A stretch of 64,000 bases of DNA, from positions 320,001-384,000 of the forward strand of contig CBDDFZ010000001.1 of NCBI GenBank assembly GCA_965227515.1, written 5' to 3'. Of the stretch, positions 50,747 through 61,088 are shown one piece after another; position 1 is the stretch's first letter; every line of letters starts with the position of its first letter. The notes beneath the pieces were generated by a model. That model saw only the letters and a list, made by a program, of their open reading frames with translations. It had not been told where the DNA came from and searched no databases. Source of the DNA: Alphaproteobacteria bacterium. GTDB lineage: Bacteria > Pseudomonadota > Alphaproteobacteria > CALKHQ01. Both the position numbers and the translations under genes were made by a program.

Positions 50747-51679
50747 TTGGCCAATCTGCTGTTCTATTCCCAGACCGACGATCCGGAGGCATGGCGCGCC
50801 GCCATCCAGGCCGCGGGGCCGGAGATCGCAGTGCGCGTCTGGCCCGATGAGGTGGACGACCCGGCCGCCATCGACGCCGCCCTGGTATGGAAGCCGCCGC
50901 CTGGCTTCGTCGCGCGCTTTGCGAACCTGAGGCTGATCCAGTCGCTGGGCGCCGGCGTCGACGCGCTGGTCGGCGATGCGACCCTGCCCGATGTGCCGGT
51001 GGCGCGGCTGGTCGACCCCATGCTGACCCAGTGCATGACCGAATACGTGGTGCTGCAGGCGCTCTACCACCACCGCGCGATGGCGACTTTCCGCGCGAAG
51101 CAACAGGCGGCGGACTGGTGGCAATGGGTGGCACCACCGGCGACCGAGCGCACGGTCGGCATTCTGGGTCTCGGCGAGCTTGGCCGCGACGCGGCGGCGA
51201 AGCTTGTCACGCTCGGCTTCCGGGTGCGCGGCTGGAGCCGGCGTCCGCGCGACGTCGCGGATGTCGAGACCTATCATGGGGCCGAGGGCCTGGAGGCCAT
51301 GCTCGCCGGCGCCGACATCCTGGTCTGCCTGCTGCCGTTGACCGCCGACACCGAGAACATCCTGAACGCCGGCCTGATTGCGCGCCTGCCGCGCGGGGCG
51401 GCGCTGATCAACTGTGCCCGCGGCGGCCACCTGGTGGAAGAGGACCTGATCCCCGCACTGGAGTCCGGCCAGCTCAGCGGTGCCTCGCTGGATGTGTTCC
51501 GCACCGAGCCGCTGCCGGCCGATCACCCGTTCTGGGCCCGTGACGACATCGCGATCACGCCCCATGTGGCCAGCATCACCTACCCGCCCACCGCCGCACG
51601 CCTGGTGGTCGAGAACGTCCGCCGCGCCATGGCCGGCGAGACGCCGCTACACCTGGTGGATCGCACCACCGGCTATTGA
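50747..51679 (+). CDS. ghrA: Glyoxylate/hydroxypyruvate reductase A
   Basis: SLGAGVD, GILGLGELG, INCARG, LDVF..EPL, ITPHVAS. Confidence 0.88.
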   Translation: MANLLFYSQTDDPEAWRAAIQAAGPEIAVRVWPDEVDDPAAIDAALVWKPPPGFVARFANLRLIQSLGAGVDALVGDATLPDVPVARLVDPMLTQCMTEYVVLQALYHHRAMATFRAKQQAADWWQWVAPPATERTVGILGLGELGRDAAAKLVTLGFRVRGWSRRPRDVADVETYHGAEGLEAMLAGADILVCLLPLTADTENILNAGLIARLPRGAALINCARGGHLVEEDLIPALESGQLSGASLDVFRTEPLPADHPFWARDDIAITPHVASITYPPTAARLVVENVRRAMAGETPLHLVDRTTGY

Positions 51680-52161
51680 GTGGAGCGTCTCAGGCCGATC
51701 GCGCCACAGAGGAAGTCCGGCGGGGCCGCCTGGTGGGCGGCGGCGATGTCGGCGATCAGGGTACGCGCCTTCTCCGGAAACGGCGCCACCCGGCGCGTCG
51801 ACATGTCGATGTGGAGCGCCAGTTGCTCGAGCGTGGCGGCGCGCCAGCCTGCGGTTCCATGGAACATTTCGTGGGCGAAATGAATCCGCTTCTCGTCGGC
51901 GGCGATGACGGTGGAGGCGAAGGCCATCGGGTCCCCCTCTGCAATCTCACGCTCATAGCGGATGTGCGCCTCGACCGCGAACATCGACGCGTCGTGGCGC
52001 TGGCGGTAGCCCTCGCCAACGTCGATCAGGTCGAACAGCGCGTCGGTGGCATGATCGAACGCCAGCACGTAATAGGCGACGTTCATGTGGCCGTTGTAGT
52101 CGATCCACTCCGGCCGAACCGGTTCGTTGTGCAAGCGTAACGGTGTAGCTACCTTCGTCAT
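51673..52161 (-). CDS. Hotdog-fold thioesterase (betainyl-CoA thioesterase-like)
   Basis: WIDYNGHMNVAYY, EAHIRY. Confidence 0.85.
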   Translation of the reverse strand: MTKVATPLRLHNEPVRPEWIDYNGHMNVAYYVLAFDHATDALFDLIDVGEGYRQRHDASMFAVEAHIRYEREIAEGDPMAFASTVIAADEKRIHFAHEMFHGTAGWRAATLEQLALHIDMSTRRVAPFPEKARTLIADIAAAHQAAPPDFLCGAIGLRRSTQ

Positions 52162-52328
52162 CAGGGTCCCACTATTTTGTCGAAGCTTGCGCTGACGTCC
52201 GCGCGCTCCAAAATGCGTCGTCGAGACATGGGTGCGGCGCTGCGCCACTGGCGCCCGCGCCTCCAAATGCCGAAATCTAAAGCGGGCTCGGGCCAAACGC
52301 GACCCCCATACCCGACCTGGAGGCCTGC

Positions 52329-53585
52329 ATGACCGACCTGCCATCCGTTCGCCCGCCCGCATCGCCGCACAAGCCTCAGGTGGAACTCAAGCGCAGCCTG
52401 TCGCTGCCGCTGGTGGTGCTCTACGGGCTCGGCGTCACCATCGGTGCCGGCATCTATGTGCTGATCGGCGCCACTGCCGAGCGTGCCGGGGCGCATGCCC
52501 CGATGGCGTTCGTGTTGGCCGCGGTGATCATGGCGTTCAGCGCCGCCTCCTACGCCGAGATCTCCGGCCGGTTCCCGGTCAGCGCTGGCGCGGCAGCCTA
52601 TGTCCGCGCAGGCTTCCGCTGGAACTGGCTGTCCACCGCGGTCGGCCTGCTGGTCATCGCATCGGGCGTTGTCTCGTCGGCTGCCATCACCGTCGGCGCC
52701 GCGGGCTATTTCCGAGAGTTCATCGACGTTCCTCCCGAGATCCTGGTCCCGATCATGGTGGTGATCGTCACCGCCATCGCGGCGTGGGGCATCATGGAAT
52801 CGGTGCTGCTCGCCGGCCTGTTCACCGTGCTGGAGACCGGCGTGCTGCTCGTGATCATCTTCAGCGGTATCGCCGGCGACCCGGCGATGCTTGCCGACCT
52901 GCCGGAGATCGTGCCTGCCCTCAGCGATAGTACAGCATGGCTGGGGCTGGGGGCCGCCGGCCTGCTCGCCTTCTTCGCCTATATCGGCTTCGAGGACATC
53001 GTCAATCTGGCCGAGGAGGTGAAGCGGCCGAAACGCACCCTGCCCTGGGCGATCTTCCTCACCCTAATTATCGGCACCTTCGTCTACATCCTGGTCACCT
53101 ACGTGGCGCTGCACGTGGTGCCGGTTCCCGAACTCGCCGCCTCCACCGCGCCATTGAGCCTGGTGTTCGACCGGGTCACCGGCCTGCCGCCTGCCACAGT
53201 CACCGTCATCGCGATCACCGCCACCCTGAACGGCGTGATCATCCAGATGATCATGGCGTCGCGGGTCTTGTACGGCCTTGCACGCCAGGGCAGCGCACCA
53301 AGGATATTTGGCCGCGTCAATGCACGGACCCGCACCCCCATCATCGCCACCGGAACGGTGGCCACCATCGTGCTGATCCTGGCGGTCGCCTTCCCCCTGG
53401 AAGGGCTGGCTGAGTGGACCTCGCTGATCGTGCTGCTGGTGTTCTCGCTGGTCAACGCATCGCTGCTGTTGCTGAAATGGCGTGGCGAAGCGGCGCCGGA
53501 GGGTGTAGTTCGGGTGCCGATCTGGGTGCCGGCCTGTGGCGTGCTGACCTGCCTGGGCCTGATCGCCGCCGGCTTCCTGGGATAA
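52329..53585 (+). CDS. APC family amino acid permease
   Basis: YGLGVTIGAGIY, FFAYIGFE, ASRVLYG. Confidence 0.9.
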   Translation: MTDLPSVRPPASPHKPQVELKRSLSLPLVVLYGLGVTIGAGIYVLIGATAERAGAHAPMAFVLAAVIMAFSAASYAEISGRFPVSAGAAAYVRAGFRWNWLSTAVGLLVIASGVVSSAAITVGAAGYFREFIDVPPEILVPIMVVIVTAIAAWGIMESVLLAGLFTVLETGVLLVIIFSGIAGDPAMLADLPEIVPALSDSTAWLGLGAAGLLAFFAYIGFEDIVNLAEEVKRPKRTLPWAIFLTLIIGTFVYILVTYVALHVVPVPELAASTAPLSLVFDRVTGLPPATVTVIAITATLNGVIIQMIMASRVLYGLARQGSAPRIFGRVNARTRTPIIATGTVATIVLILAVAFPLEGLAEWTSLIVLLVFSLVNASLLLLKWRGEAAPEGVVRVPIWVPACGVLTCLGLIAAGFLG

Positions 53586-53599
53586 GACATTCATTGTTA

Positions 53600-53765
53600 G
53601 TCGGCACCGGCCCACGGCTCTTTGCTATACGGTCGCACATCCGTGCTCCCGGTTGGCACCCGGCCAGATAGACATGATACAGGGCGGCCGGGTGCCCAAG
53701 AGGCTGCGCGGACGCGCGGCCGAAGTGAGGATAGACGAGGGCCGGCGCAGAATCAGCGTCAGCTG
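53600..53765 (-). repeat. Hairpin element family C, copy 5 (long form, both arms extended)
   Basis: GTCGGCACCGGCCC...GGCACCCGGCC...GGCCGGGTGCC...GGGCCGGCGCAGAATCAGCGTCAGCTG; loop diverged. Confidence 0.85.
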
Positions 53766-53812
53766 GGTTAATAGGCACGCACAAGAAACCAACCCTGGGA
53801 GGGGATACGAAC

Positions 53813-54814
53813 ATGCAACCCGTCAAATGGGGCGTCATCAGCACGGCGAAGATCGGCGTCGAGAAAGTCATCCCCGGCATGCAGAAGAGCGACGCCTGCG
53901 ACATCGTCGCCATCTCGTCGCGCAATCTGGACCAGGCGAAGGCGACGGCCGAGAGGCTCGGCATTCCGCGTGCCTACGGCTCCTATGAGGAAATGCTGGC
54001 CGACCCGGAGATCGAGGCGGTCTACAACCCGCTGCCGAACCACTTACACGTGCCTTGGTCGATCAAGGCCGCCGAGGCCGGCAAGCACGTACTGTGCGAG
54101 AAGCCGATCTCGATCACCCTGGACGAGGCGACGTCGCTGAAAGACGCGCGCGACCGGACGGCCAAGCTGATTACCGAGGCATTCATGGTGCGCTTCCACC
54201 CGCAGTGGCAGCGTACGCGCGAACTGGCCCGCTCGGGCCGCATCGGCGAGGTGCGCGCGATCCAGGGCTTCTTCAGCTATTTCAACCGCGACCCGGAGAA
54301 CGTGCGCAACATCCTGGATATCGGCGGCGGTGCGAACTACGACATAGGCTGCTACCCCATCGTCACCGCGCGCTACGTGTTCGGCGAGGAACCGCGCCGG
54401 GTGGCCGCCCTGGTGGAGCGCGATCCCGACTTCGGTACCGACCGCCTGACCTCGGCGCTGCTCGACTTCCCGTCCGGCCAGCTCACCTACACCTGCTCGA
54501 CGCAGCTTGTGCCGTACCAGCGCATGAACGTCTATGGCACCGAGGGCCGGATCGAGGTGATGATCCCGTTCAACGCGCCGCCGGACGAGCCTTGCCGCAT
54601 CCGCATCGACGACGGCTCCAAGCTGGACGATGCCTCCGTCGAGGTGGAGGAATTCCCGGTCTGCGACCAGTACGAGCTGCAGGGTGCCGCGTTCTCGGAG
54701 ATGGTGCGCAACGGCACCGCGCCGGAATTCGGCCTGGAGGACACCGTCAACAACATGGCGGTCATCCTGTCGGTGCTGAAGGCTGGCGACAGCGGGGGTT
54801 GGGTGGAGCTGTAG
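53813..54814 (+). CDS. Gfo/Idh/MocA oxidoreductase
   Basis: WGVISTAKIG, LPNHLH, GKHVLCEKP, DIGCY. Confidence 0.92.
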   Translation: MQPVKWGVISTAKIGVEKVIPGMQKSDACDIVAISSRNLDQAKATAERLGIPRAYGSYEEMLADPEIEAVYNPLPNHLHVPWSIKAAEAGKHVLCEKPISITLDEATSLKDARDRTAKLITEAFMVRFHPQWQRTRELARSGRIGEVRAIQGFFSYFNRDPENVRNILDIGGGANYDIGCYPIVTARYVFGEEPRRVAALVERDPDFGTDRLTSALLDFPSGQLTYTCSTQLVPYQRMNVYGTEGRIEVMIPFNAPPDEPCRIRIDDGSKLDDASVEVEEFPVCDQYELQGAAFSEMVRNGTAPEFGLEDTVNNMAVILSVLKAGDSGGWVEL

Positions 54815-54840
54815 GATTTCGTGCCGGGCATCGTAGCGTC

Positions 54841-54929
54841 GTAGCCCGGGTGAAACGACGTGGAACCCGGGGACTTTGTCCCGGCAATCGCAAGGATTCC
54901 CGGGTTCCGCTGCGCTCCACCCAGGCTAC
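54841..54929. repeat. GTAG-type REP pair
   Basis: GTAGCCCGGGTGAAACGACGTGGAACCCGGG ... CCCGGGTTCCGCTGCGCTCCACCCAGGCTAC. Confidence 0.88.
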
Positions 54930-54956
54930 GGGGGCTGGCGCGCCTTCACACAAGGA

Positions 54957-55042
54957 CGTCGCCCTCGCCCTTGTGGCGAGGGCCCACTCCCCTCATCGCG
55001 CGAAATCTGCCATGGATCCTCGGGACAAGCCCGAGGATGACG
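54957..55042. repeat. CGTC-type REP pair (short form)
   Basis: CGTCGCCCTCGCCCTTGTGGCGAGGGCCCA ... TGGATCCTCGGGACAAGCCCGAGGATGACG. Confidence 0.88.
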
Positions 55043-55097
55043 GTAGTTTCTTGGTGAGAGAAGTGCGTTCGGCGGCGGCCGGGACTACGTTCAGCCC

Positions 55098-55189
55098 GTA
55101 GCCTGGATGGAGCGGAGCGCAATCCAGGGCAACAGTGTCGTCATCCGAAACCATTGCCCCGGAATATGCTGACGCTCCTTTCGGGCTAC
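55098..55189. repeat. GTAG-type REP pair (degenerate right arm)
   Basis: GTAGCCTGGATGGAGCGGAGCGCAATCCAGG ... TTCGGGCTAC. Confidence 0.82.
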
Positions 55190-55200
55190 GCGGTTTGCGC

Positions 55201-55240
55201 AAAAAACAACGGGCCCCGGCGATAAACCGGGGCCCGTTTG
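55201..55240 (-). terminator. Intrinsic terminator of rpoH-family gene
   Basis: AACGGGCCCCGG-N7-CCGGGGCCCGTT stem with A6 tract on plus strand (U tract on minus). Confidence 0.8.
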
Positions 55241-55262
55241 CATTCAGCGATGGGTGTGAGGC

Positions 55263-56144
<882 letters not shown>

Positions 56145-56609
56145 GGCTCGATCTCCCGTCCGCCGGGCCGCGCGTGGACTCTCCAACGCGGCGCGGTCGC
56201 GGACCTGTAAGCCCCCCGCCACCGCAACATTAGCAAATTGGTGTCGACTCGAAAATAATTATTCGTTCATGAATTTTCAAGGTGGGGTCAATTGGCCGCG
56301 ACCGGCCCGTGATGCAGACCACGATGCGGCCATGAGCGGCGTTGCAAGAGCCCGCACGGCCCGAACCGCCGACCGAAAGAAATTCTACACTATTGCGCCA
56401 AGGCGCGCCGAAAAATTCATTGTGATGTCGGGGCAAGATTCATTCTTGTGGCGATATTCAAGGGTTATTAACGACAACAGTACAATCTGATTGTGTCAAG
56501 AAAGTTACGCCAGTGTTAATGGCGAGAAGGGCAACGCTTCGAAAGGGCAAGTATCACGGACACGTCCGCTGCGCCGCAGTGGGGGGCGCGTCCCGATGGA
56601 GAAGTTGCC

Positions 56610-56927
56610 ATGATCGGAATTCGAACCCTGACCATCGTTGCCGCCGCCAGTGTCGCGGTCGTTGCCGGCGCCGAAGCGGCGTGGGCCGAGAGCAACATGG
56701 TGTGCGGCGACCGCGACGAGATCGTCTCCGAGCTGCAGAAATCCTGGCAGGAGCAGCAGACCGCCATCGGCATGTCGAACAACGGCAGCATGGTCGAGGT
56801 CTTCAGCTCCGACACCGGCACCTGGACCATGCTGATGACCATGCCCGGCGGCCCGACCTGCATGATCGCGGCCGGCCAGCACTGGGACCAGCACCAGATC
56901 ACCGAAGTCGTCGGCGAGCCGGTCTGA
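56610..56927 (+). CDS. Small secreted hypothetical protein (two Cys)
   Basis: GGAG RBS, signal peptide ending AWA, CGDR...GTWT...P.G.TC..A.G..W pattern. Confidence 0.78.
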   Translation: MIGIRTLTIVAAASVAVVAGAEAAWAESNMVCGDRDEIVSELQKSWQEQQTAIGMSNNGSMVEVFSSDTGTWTMLMTMPGGPTCMIAAGQHWDQHQITEVVGEPV

Positions 56928-56948
56928 ATCGTTTCTCGCTGACGCGGA

Positions 56949-57033
56949 GTCGGCACCAGCCCGCACCCCCTCCCGGCCGCCCAACGATAGTATCCTGCCT
57001 GGGTGGCCGGGAGGGGGTGAGGGCAGGCGCAGA
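56949..57033 (-). repeat. Hairpin element family C, copy 6
   Basis: GTCGGCACCAGCCC..CCCCCTCCCGGCCGCCC-AACGATAGTATCCTG-..GGGTGGCCGGGAGGGGG..GGCGCAGA. Confidence 0.9.
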
Positions 57034-57120
57034 ACAAACAAGAGCACTCTGAGCGCGATCTTGTAGCCTGCGTTCGGCCCGCGCGTTGGCACGGGCCATG
57101 GGCGCTGTTATATCGGTGGC

Positions 57121-58026
57121 ATGATCACCGATGACCTGATTCAACCGTTCCAGATCGACGGAAACGCGGTGCGCGGGCGCCTGGTCCGCATGGGCCCGGC
57201 CGTCGACACCATCCTGGAGCGCCACGACTATCCGCCGCCGGTCGCAGCCCTTCTGGGCGAGGCGCTGGCGCTTTGCGCGGCACTGGCGGCAACCCTGAAA
57301 TTCGACGGCGTGTTCTCGCTGCAGGCCAAGGGCGACGGCCTGGTGCGCCTGCTGGTCGCCGACGTCACCACCGACGGCAATCTGCGCGGCTATGCCCGCC
57401 TCAGCGACGACGGCAGCGCGCCGCTGCCTGACGGTAGCGATGCCGAGACACCCTCGGTCGCCGACCTGCTCGGCAAGGGCTACCTGGCCTTCACCGTCGA
57501 CCAGGGGACGGACACCGAACTCTACCAGGGCATCGTGTCGCTGGAGGGCACCAGCCTGACCGACTGCGTGCACCACTATTTCCGCCAGTCCGAACAGTTG
57601 CGCACCGGCGTGCGCCTGGCCGCCCAGCGCACCGGCGACGGCTCCTGGCGCGCTGCGGCCCTTATGGTGCAGGCGCTGCCGGACGAGAACGGCGGCGATG
57701 CCGACGAGAACGCCGAGGACTGGCGGCGCGCGATGGCGATGGTCCGCTCGTGCACCGAGGACGAGATGCTGGACCGCGAGCTGGACCCGGACCGGCTGTT
57801 GTTCCGGCTGTTCCACGAGGACGGCGTCAGGGTCTACGAACGCCGCGCGCTCAACGCCACCTGCCGCTGCTCGCGCGAGCGCATCCAGGCGGTGCTGCGC
57901 CAGATCGGCCGCGAGGAACTGGCCGACCTGAAGATCGACGGCGTGGTCGAGGTGACCTGTGAATTCTGCAACACGACCTACGATTTCGATGACGAAGCCC
58001 TCGATGCCGTCTTCGCCACCCATTGA
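57121..58026 (+). CDS. hslO: Hsp33 redox-regulated chaperone
   Basis: YQGIV, YFRQSEQ, CRCS...CEFC Zn motif. Confidence 0.95.
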   Translation: MITDDLIQPFQIDGNAVRGRLVRMGPAVDTILERHDYPPPVAALLGEALALCAALAATLKFDGVFSLQAKGDGLVRLLVADVTTDGNLRGYARLSDDGSAPLPDGSDAETPSVADLLGKGYLAFTVDQGTDTELYQGIVSLEGTSLTDCVHHYFRQSEQLRTGVRLAAQRTGDGSWRAAALMVQALPDENGGDADENAEDWRRAMAMVRSCTEDEMLDRELDPDRLLFRLFHEDGVRVYERRALNATCRCSRERIQAVLRQIGREELADLKIDGVVEVTCEFCNTTYDFDDEALDAVFATH

Positions 58027-58067
58027 TCGCTCGTTGGAAAATGAGCAGGAACCGCTCATTTCCCGTG

Positions 58068-58150
58068 CGGCACCGGCCCACACCCCCTCCCGGCCGCCCA
58101 GTTCAGCATACTGTCGTTGGGGGGCCGGAAGGGGGTGTGGGCTGGAACCG
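58068..58150 (+). repeat. Hairpin element family C, copy 7
   Basis: CGGCACCGGCCCACACCCCCTCCCGGCC..CAGCATACTGTCGTT..GGCCGGAAGGGGGTGTGGGCTGG. Confidence 0.88.
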
Positions 58151-58165
58151 AATTCGCCAGAAGGC

Positions 58166-58780
58166 GTGAACGCCACCCGGCGCACCGCGCTGGGCTGGAT
58201 CGCCGGTGCTGCGGCGGCCGGTGCCGGGTTGGGCGTGGGCCTGACCGCCTGCCAGTCGGCGGCGCCGATCAGCGGCGTGCCGACCATGACCTTCGCCCAT
58301 CTGGCGCCGATCCGGCTCAACGTCGGCGAGCGCCAGATCGTCGAGATGCCGTCGGCCGGCGGCGTGGTCGGGCTTGGCGCCCCGGTCCCGGTGACGCCGC
58401 GCGAGGCCATCACCCGCTGGGCCGAGCAGCGATTCCAGCCGGTGGGCTATCTCGGCCGGGTCGAAATCGTCATGTTCACCGCCTCGATCGCGGACATCCC
58501 GCTCGCCCGCAGCGACGGACTGGATGCCGTGTTCCGGGTCGAGCAGTCGGAGCAGTATCAGGTCAACATGGACGTGCAGGTGTCGGTCAGCGGCCTGCCG
58601 AACACCTCGCCGGGGGCAGTGCGCGCCCAGGTCGAGCGGACCCGTACCGTCCCGGAGGACGTGACGCTGCAAGAGCGCGACGAGGTCGCCTTCGCCCTGG
58701 TCGAGGACGCGATGGCGGCCCTGGACGCCGAGCTCGCGGCGCAAATCCAGGCTAGCTTCGGGCCGTACTTGGCGGTTTAG
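58166..58780 (+). CDS. Hypothetical lipoprotein (possible Tat-lipoprotein)
   Basis: TRRTAL and lipobox LTAC. Confidence 0.75.
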   Translation: MNATRRTALGWIAGAAAAGAGLGVGLTACQSAAPISGVPTMTFAHLAPIRLNVGERQIVEMPSAGGVVGLGAPVPVTPREAITRWAEQRFQPVGYLGRVEIVMFTASIADIPLARSDGLDAVFRVEQSEQYQVNMDVQVSVSGLPNTSPGAVRAQVERTRTVPEDVTLQERDEVAFALVEDAMAALDAELAAQIQASFGPYLAV

Positions 58781-58799
58781 CGGTTAATAACAACACTAT

Positions 58800-58977
58800 T
58801 GTCGTCCTCGCCCTTGTGGCGAGGACCCATGGAAATGCGGGGCTCAAGACGAGCCAGATGTGTTCGAACCACTATGTGCAAAGCGCGTCCGACGACCGCC
58901 ACTGACGCCGCGAATCTCATTTAACGCATTGTGATACTGGAGAAAAATGGATCCTCGCCACAAGGGCGAGGATGACA
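58800..58977. repeat. CGTC-type REP pair (long form)
   Basis: TGTCGTCCTCGCCCTTGTGGCGAGGACCCA ... TGGATCCTCGCCACAAGGGCGAGGATGACA. Confidence 0.9.
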
Positions 58978-58994
58978 ATGAGTAATACCCGCCC

Positions 58995-60128
58995 CTACAA
59001 CCCCGCCTTGGTCTCCGCGATCAGGCCGTCGACCACCGCGCGCAGGGCCGCCTGCTTGTCGCCGCCACCCTTGACCGCCGCGTCGAAGGCGGCGCGCTGG
59101 CGATGGGCGCTGGTGCCGCTCTCCAGGATGGTGCGGGCGTGCGCCACCGCGTCCATGCAGTCCAGCGCCCGGGCATCGGGGCGGATCAGGTCCATGATCT
59201 CGCTGAACAGGTCGGCATAGGGCACGACCTTGCCCTTGCCGAAGTCGATCAGCCCGCCGTCCATGCCGTAGCGCTGGGCGCGCCAGCGGTTCTCGGCCAC
59301 CAGCATGTTGGCGTACGAGCGCCAGCGCTGGTTGTCGCAGCGCAGCCGCCAGAGCATGCGCAACAGGCAGACATAGATCGCGGCGATCGCCACCGTGTCG
59401 GCGACGTTGGTGCACATGTCGCAGACCCGCACCTCCAGGGTCGGGAACCGGCAGCTTGGGCGCACGTCCCACCAGATCTTGCTGGCATCCTCCACGATGC
59501 CGGCGCCGACCAGCATCGCGACGTGGCGCTCGTACTCGCCGAAGCTCTCGAACTTCTCCGGCAGGCCGGTGCGCGGCAGTCCGTCGAACACCGACAGCCG
59601 ATACGACATCAGGCCGGTGTCCTCGCCCTCCCAGTACGGCGACGAGGTGCTGAGCGCCAGCAGATGGGGCAGGAAGTAGGTGATCTGGTTCGACATCTCC
59701 GCGCGCAAGTCGTCGTCGCCGACGCAGACATGGACGTGCATGCCGCAGATCAGCATCCGCCGCGCCGGGCCGCCGATGGCCTCGGTCAGCTCCAGGTAGC
59801 GCTCCTTCGGCGTCGGCTGTTGCGCCATCCAGCGCGCGAACGGGTGGGTCGAGGCCGCGATCACCGCATAGCCGAACCGCTCGGCCTCCTCGATCACGGT
59901 GCTGCGCAGCCGCTTCAGGTGCTCGTCCGCCTGCCGGATCGAGGTGCAGACCGGCGTGCCAACCTCGATCTGCGAGCGCAGCAACTCCGGCGACACCTGG
60001 CCGGCCAGCCGCTCCTCGCACGCGCGCATCAGACCGGGGTCGGGGTCGGCCACCAGGTCGCGGGTCTCGGGATCGACCAGCAGGTACTCCTCCTCGACAC
60101 CGATGGTGAACGGAGGTTCCTCGATCAT
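58995..60128 (-). CDS. Carboxylate-amine ligase (YbdK/GCS2 family)
   Basis: FTIGVEEEY, QIEVGT, CGMHVHV, WWDVRPS, EVRVCD, ENRWRA.RYG. Confidence 0.92.
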   Translation of the reverse strand: MIEEPPFTIGVEEEYLLVDPETRDLVADPDPGLMRACEERLAGQVSPELLRSQIEVGTPVCTSIRQADEHLKRLRSTVIEEAERFGYAVIAASTHPFARWMAQQPTPKERYLELTEAIGGPARRMLICGMHVHVCVGDDDLRAEMSNQITYFLPHLLALSTSSPYWEGEDTGLMSYRLSVFDGLPRTGLPEKFESFGEYERHVAMLVGAGIVEDASKIWWDVRPSCRFPTLEVRVCDMCTNVADTVAIAAIYVCLLRMLWRLRCDNQRWRSYANMLVAENRWRAQRYGMDGGLIDFGKGKVVPYADLFSEIMDLIRPDARALDCMDAVAHARTILESGTSAHRQRAAFDAAVKGGGDKQAALRAVVDGLIAETKAGL

Positions 60129-60988
60129 GCGGCGCCTCCGTCTGCCGTGGGCAACCGGCCGATCCCCAGGCTGCGCAGGATCGGTGCCATCGCATCGGCC
60201 AGCAAGTCACCCCACCGGGTGCAGCCGGCATCGTCCTGCAAGTGGTCCTGGCGGATCTCGATCAGCGCATGCGGCAGGCCCCGCGGCTCGGCATGGTGCT
60301 CGACCGTGTGGCCAAACAGGTCGCGGGCCGAATACGGCTCGTTGTCGCCGACGCAGATGTCCGGGACCTTGGCCAGCGCCGCCATCAGCGGCACCGGCAG
60401 GCGCGAATCCTCGTTCCACAGCACGCCGACGTCCCACTGGCGCTCGGACCCGTCGCGCAGGCACGGCGTGAACGAATGCACCGAAAAGAACCCGACCACG
60501 TCGTGCGCCGCCGTCATCCGGTCGAGCGCCCCGGCGACCGCGCCGTGATAGCTGCGATGGCAGGCAGCAAAGCGCGCCTCCCGCGCCGCCGCGTCCAGGT
60601 GGCGGTTGCCGGGCACGACCTGGCCGTCACTGATCGCGGGGATCGCGGTCGGGTCGTCCTCTGTGCGGTTGCAGTCCACCACCAGGCGCGAGAAGCCGCC
60701 CAGCACCGCCGGCGCATCCAGCCGGTCGGCCAACCGCCGCGTCACCGCGGCGGCCCCCGGGTCCCAGGCAATGTGCGCGGTCCGTGCCGCCGGCGTCAGC
60801 CCCAGATCGCCCAGTTGCTGCGGAATGCTGTTCGACGCGTGGTCGCACACGATCAGCAAGCCGACATTGCCGTCGGGATTGTAGAATTCGAACGGCGGCG
60901 GGTCGGCGGCGGTCAGCAGGCCGGGCCCCGCAGCGCTGTCGGCGGCGCCCCGCGCCGCCTCCCCCGCATGATCGAGAACGGCATCCAT
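60125..60988 (-). CDS. N-formylglutamate amidohydrolase family protein
   Basis: CDHAS, HIAWDPG, SRLVVDCNR, HSFTP, NEPY, IEIRQD; ATGA overlap. Confidence 0.9.
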   Translation of the reverse strand: MDAVLDHAGEAARGAADSAAGPGLLTAADPPPFEFYNPDGNVGLLIVCDHASNSIPQQLGDLGLTPAARTAHIAWDPGAAAVTRRLADRLDAPAVLGGFSRLVVDCNRTEDDPTAIPAISDGQVVPGNRHLDAAAREARFAACHRSYHGAVAGALDRMTAAHDVVGFFSVHSFTPCLRDGSERQWDVGVLWNEDSRLPVPLMAALAKVPDICVGDNEPYSARDLFGHTVEHHAEPRGLPHALIEIRQDHLQDDAGCTRWGDLLADAMAPILRSLGIGRLPTADGGAA

Positions 60989-61088
60989 GCATGACTTTTA
61001 GGACCAAACCCCGGCACGCGGCAATGCGGTTCACCAGCGCAGCCTTTCGATGCTATCCAGGGTGCCGCCAACCAGGGGAAACGCCACC

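Noticed and set aside
51709-51720. GAGGAAGTCCGG resembling the RNase P RNA P4 motif
   Set aside because: Lacks one A of GAGGAAAGTCC, lies inside the thioesterase CDS, and no 3' P4 partner is seen
54841-55189. CRISPR array
   Set aside because: Repeats are inverted, heterogeneous and irregularly spaced; no cas genes
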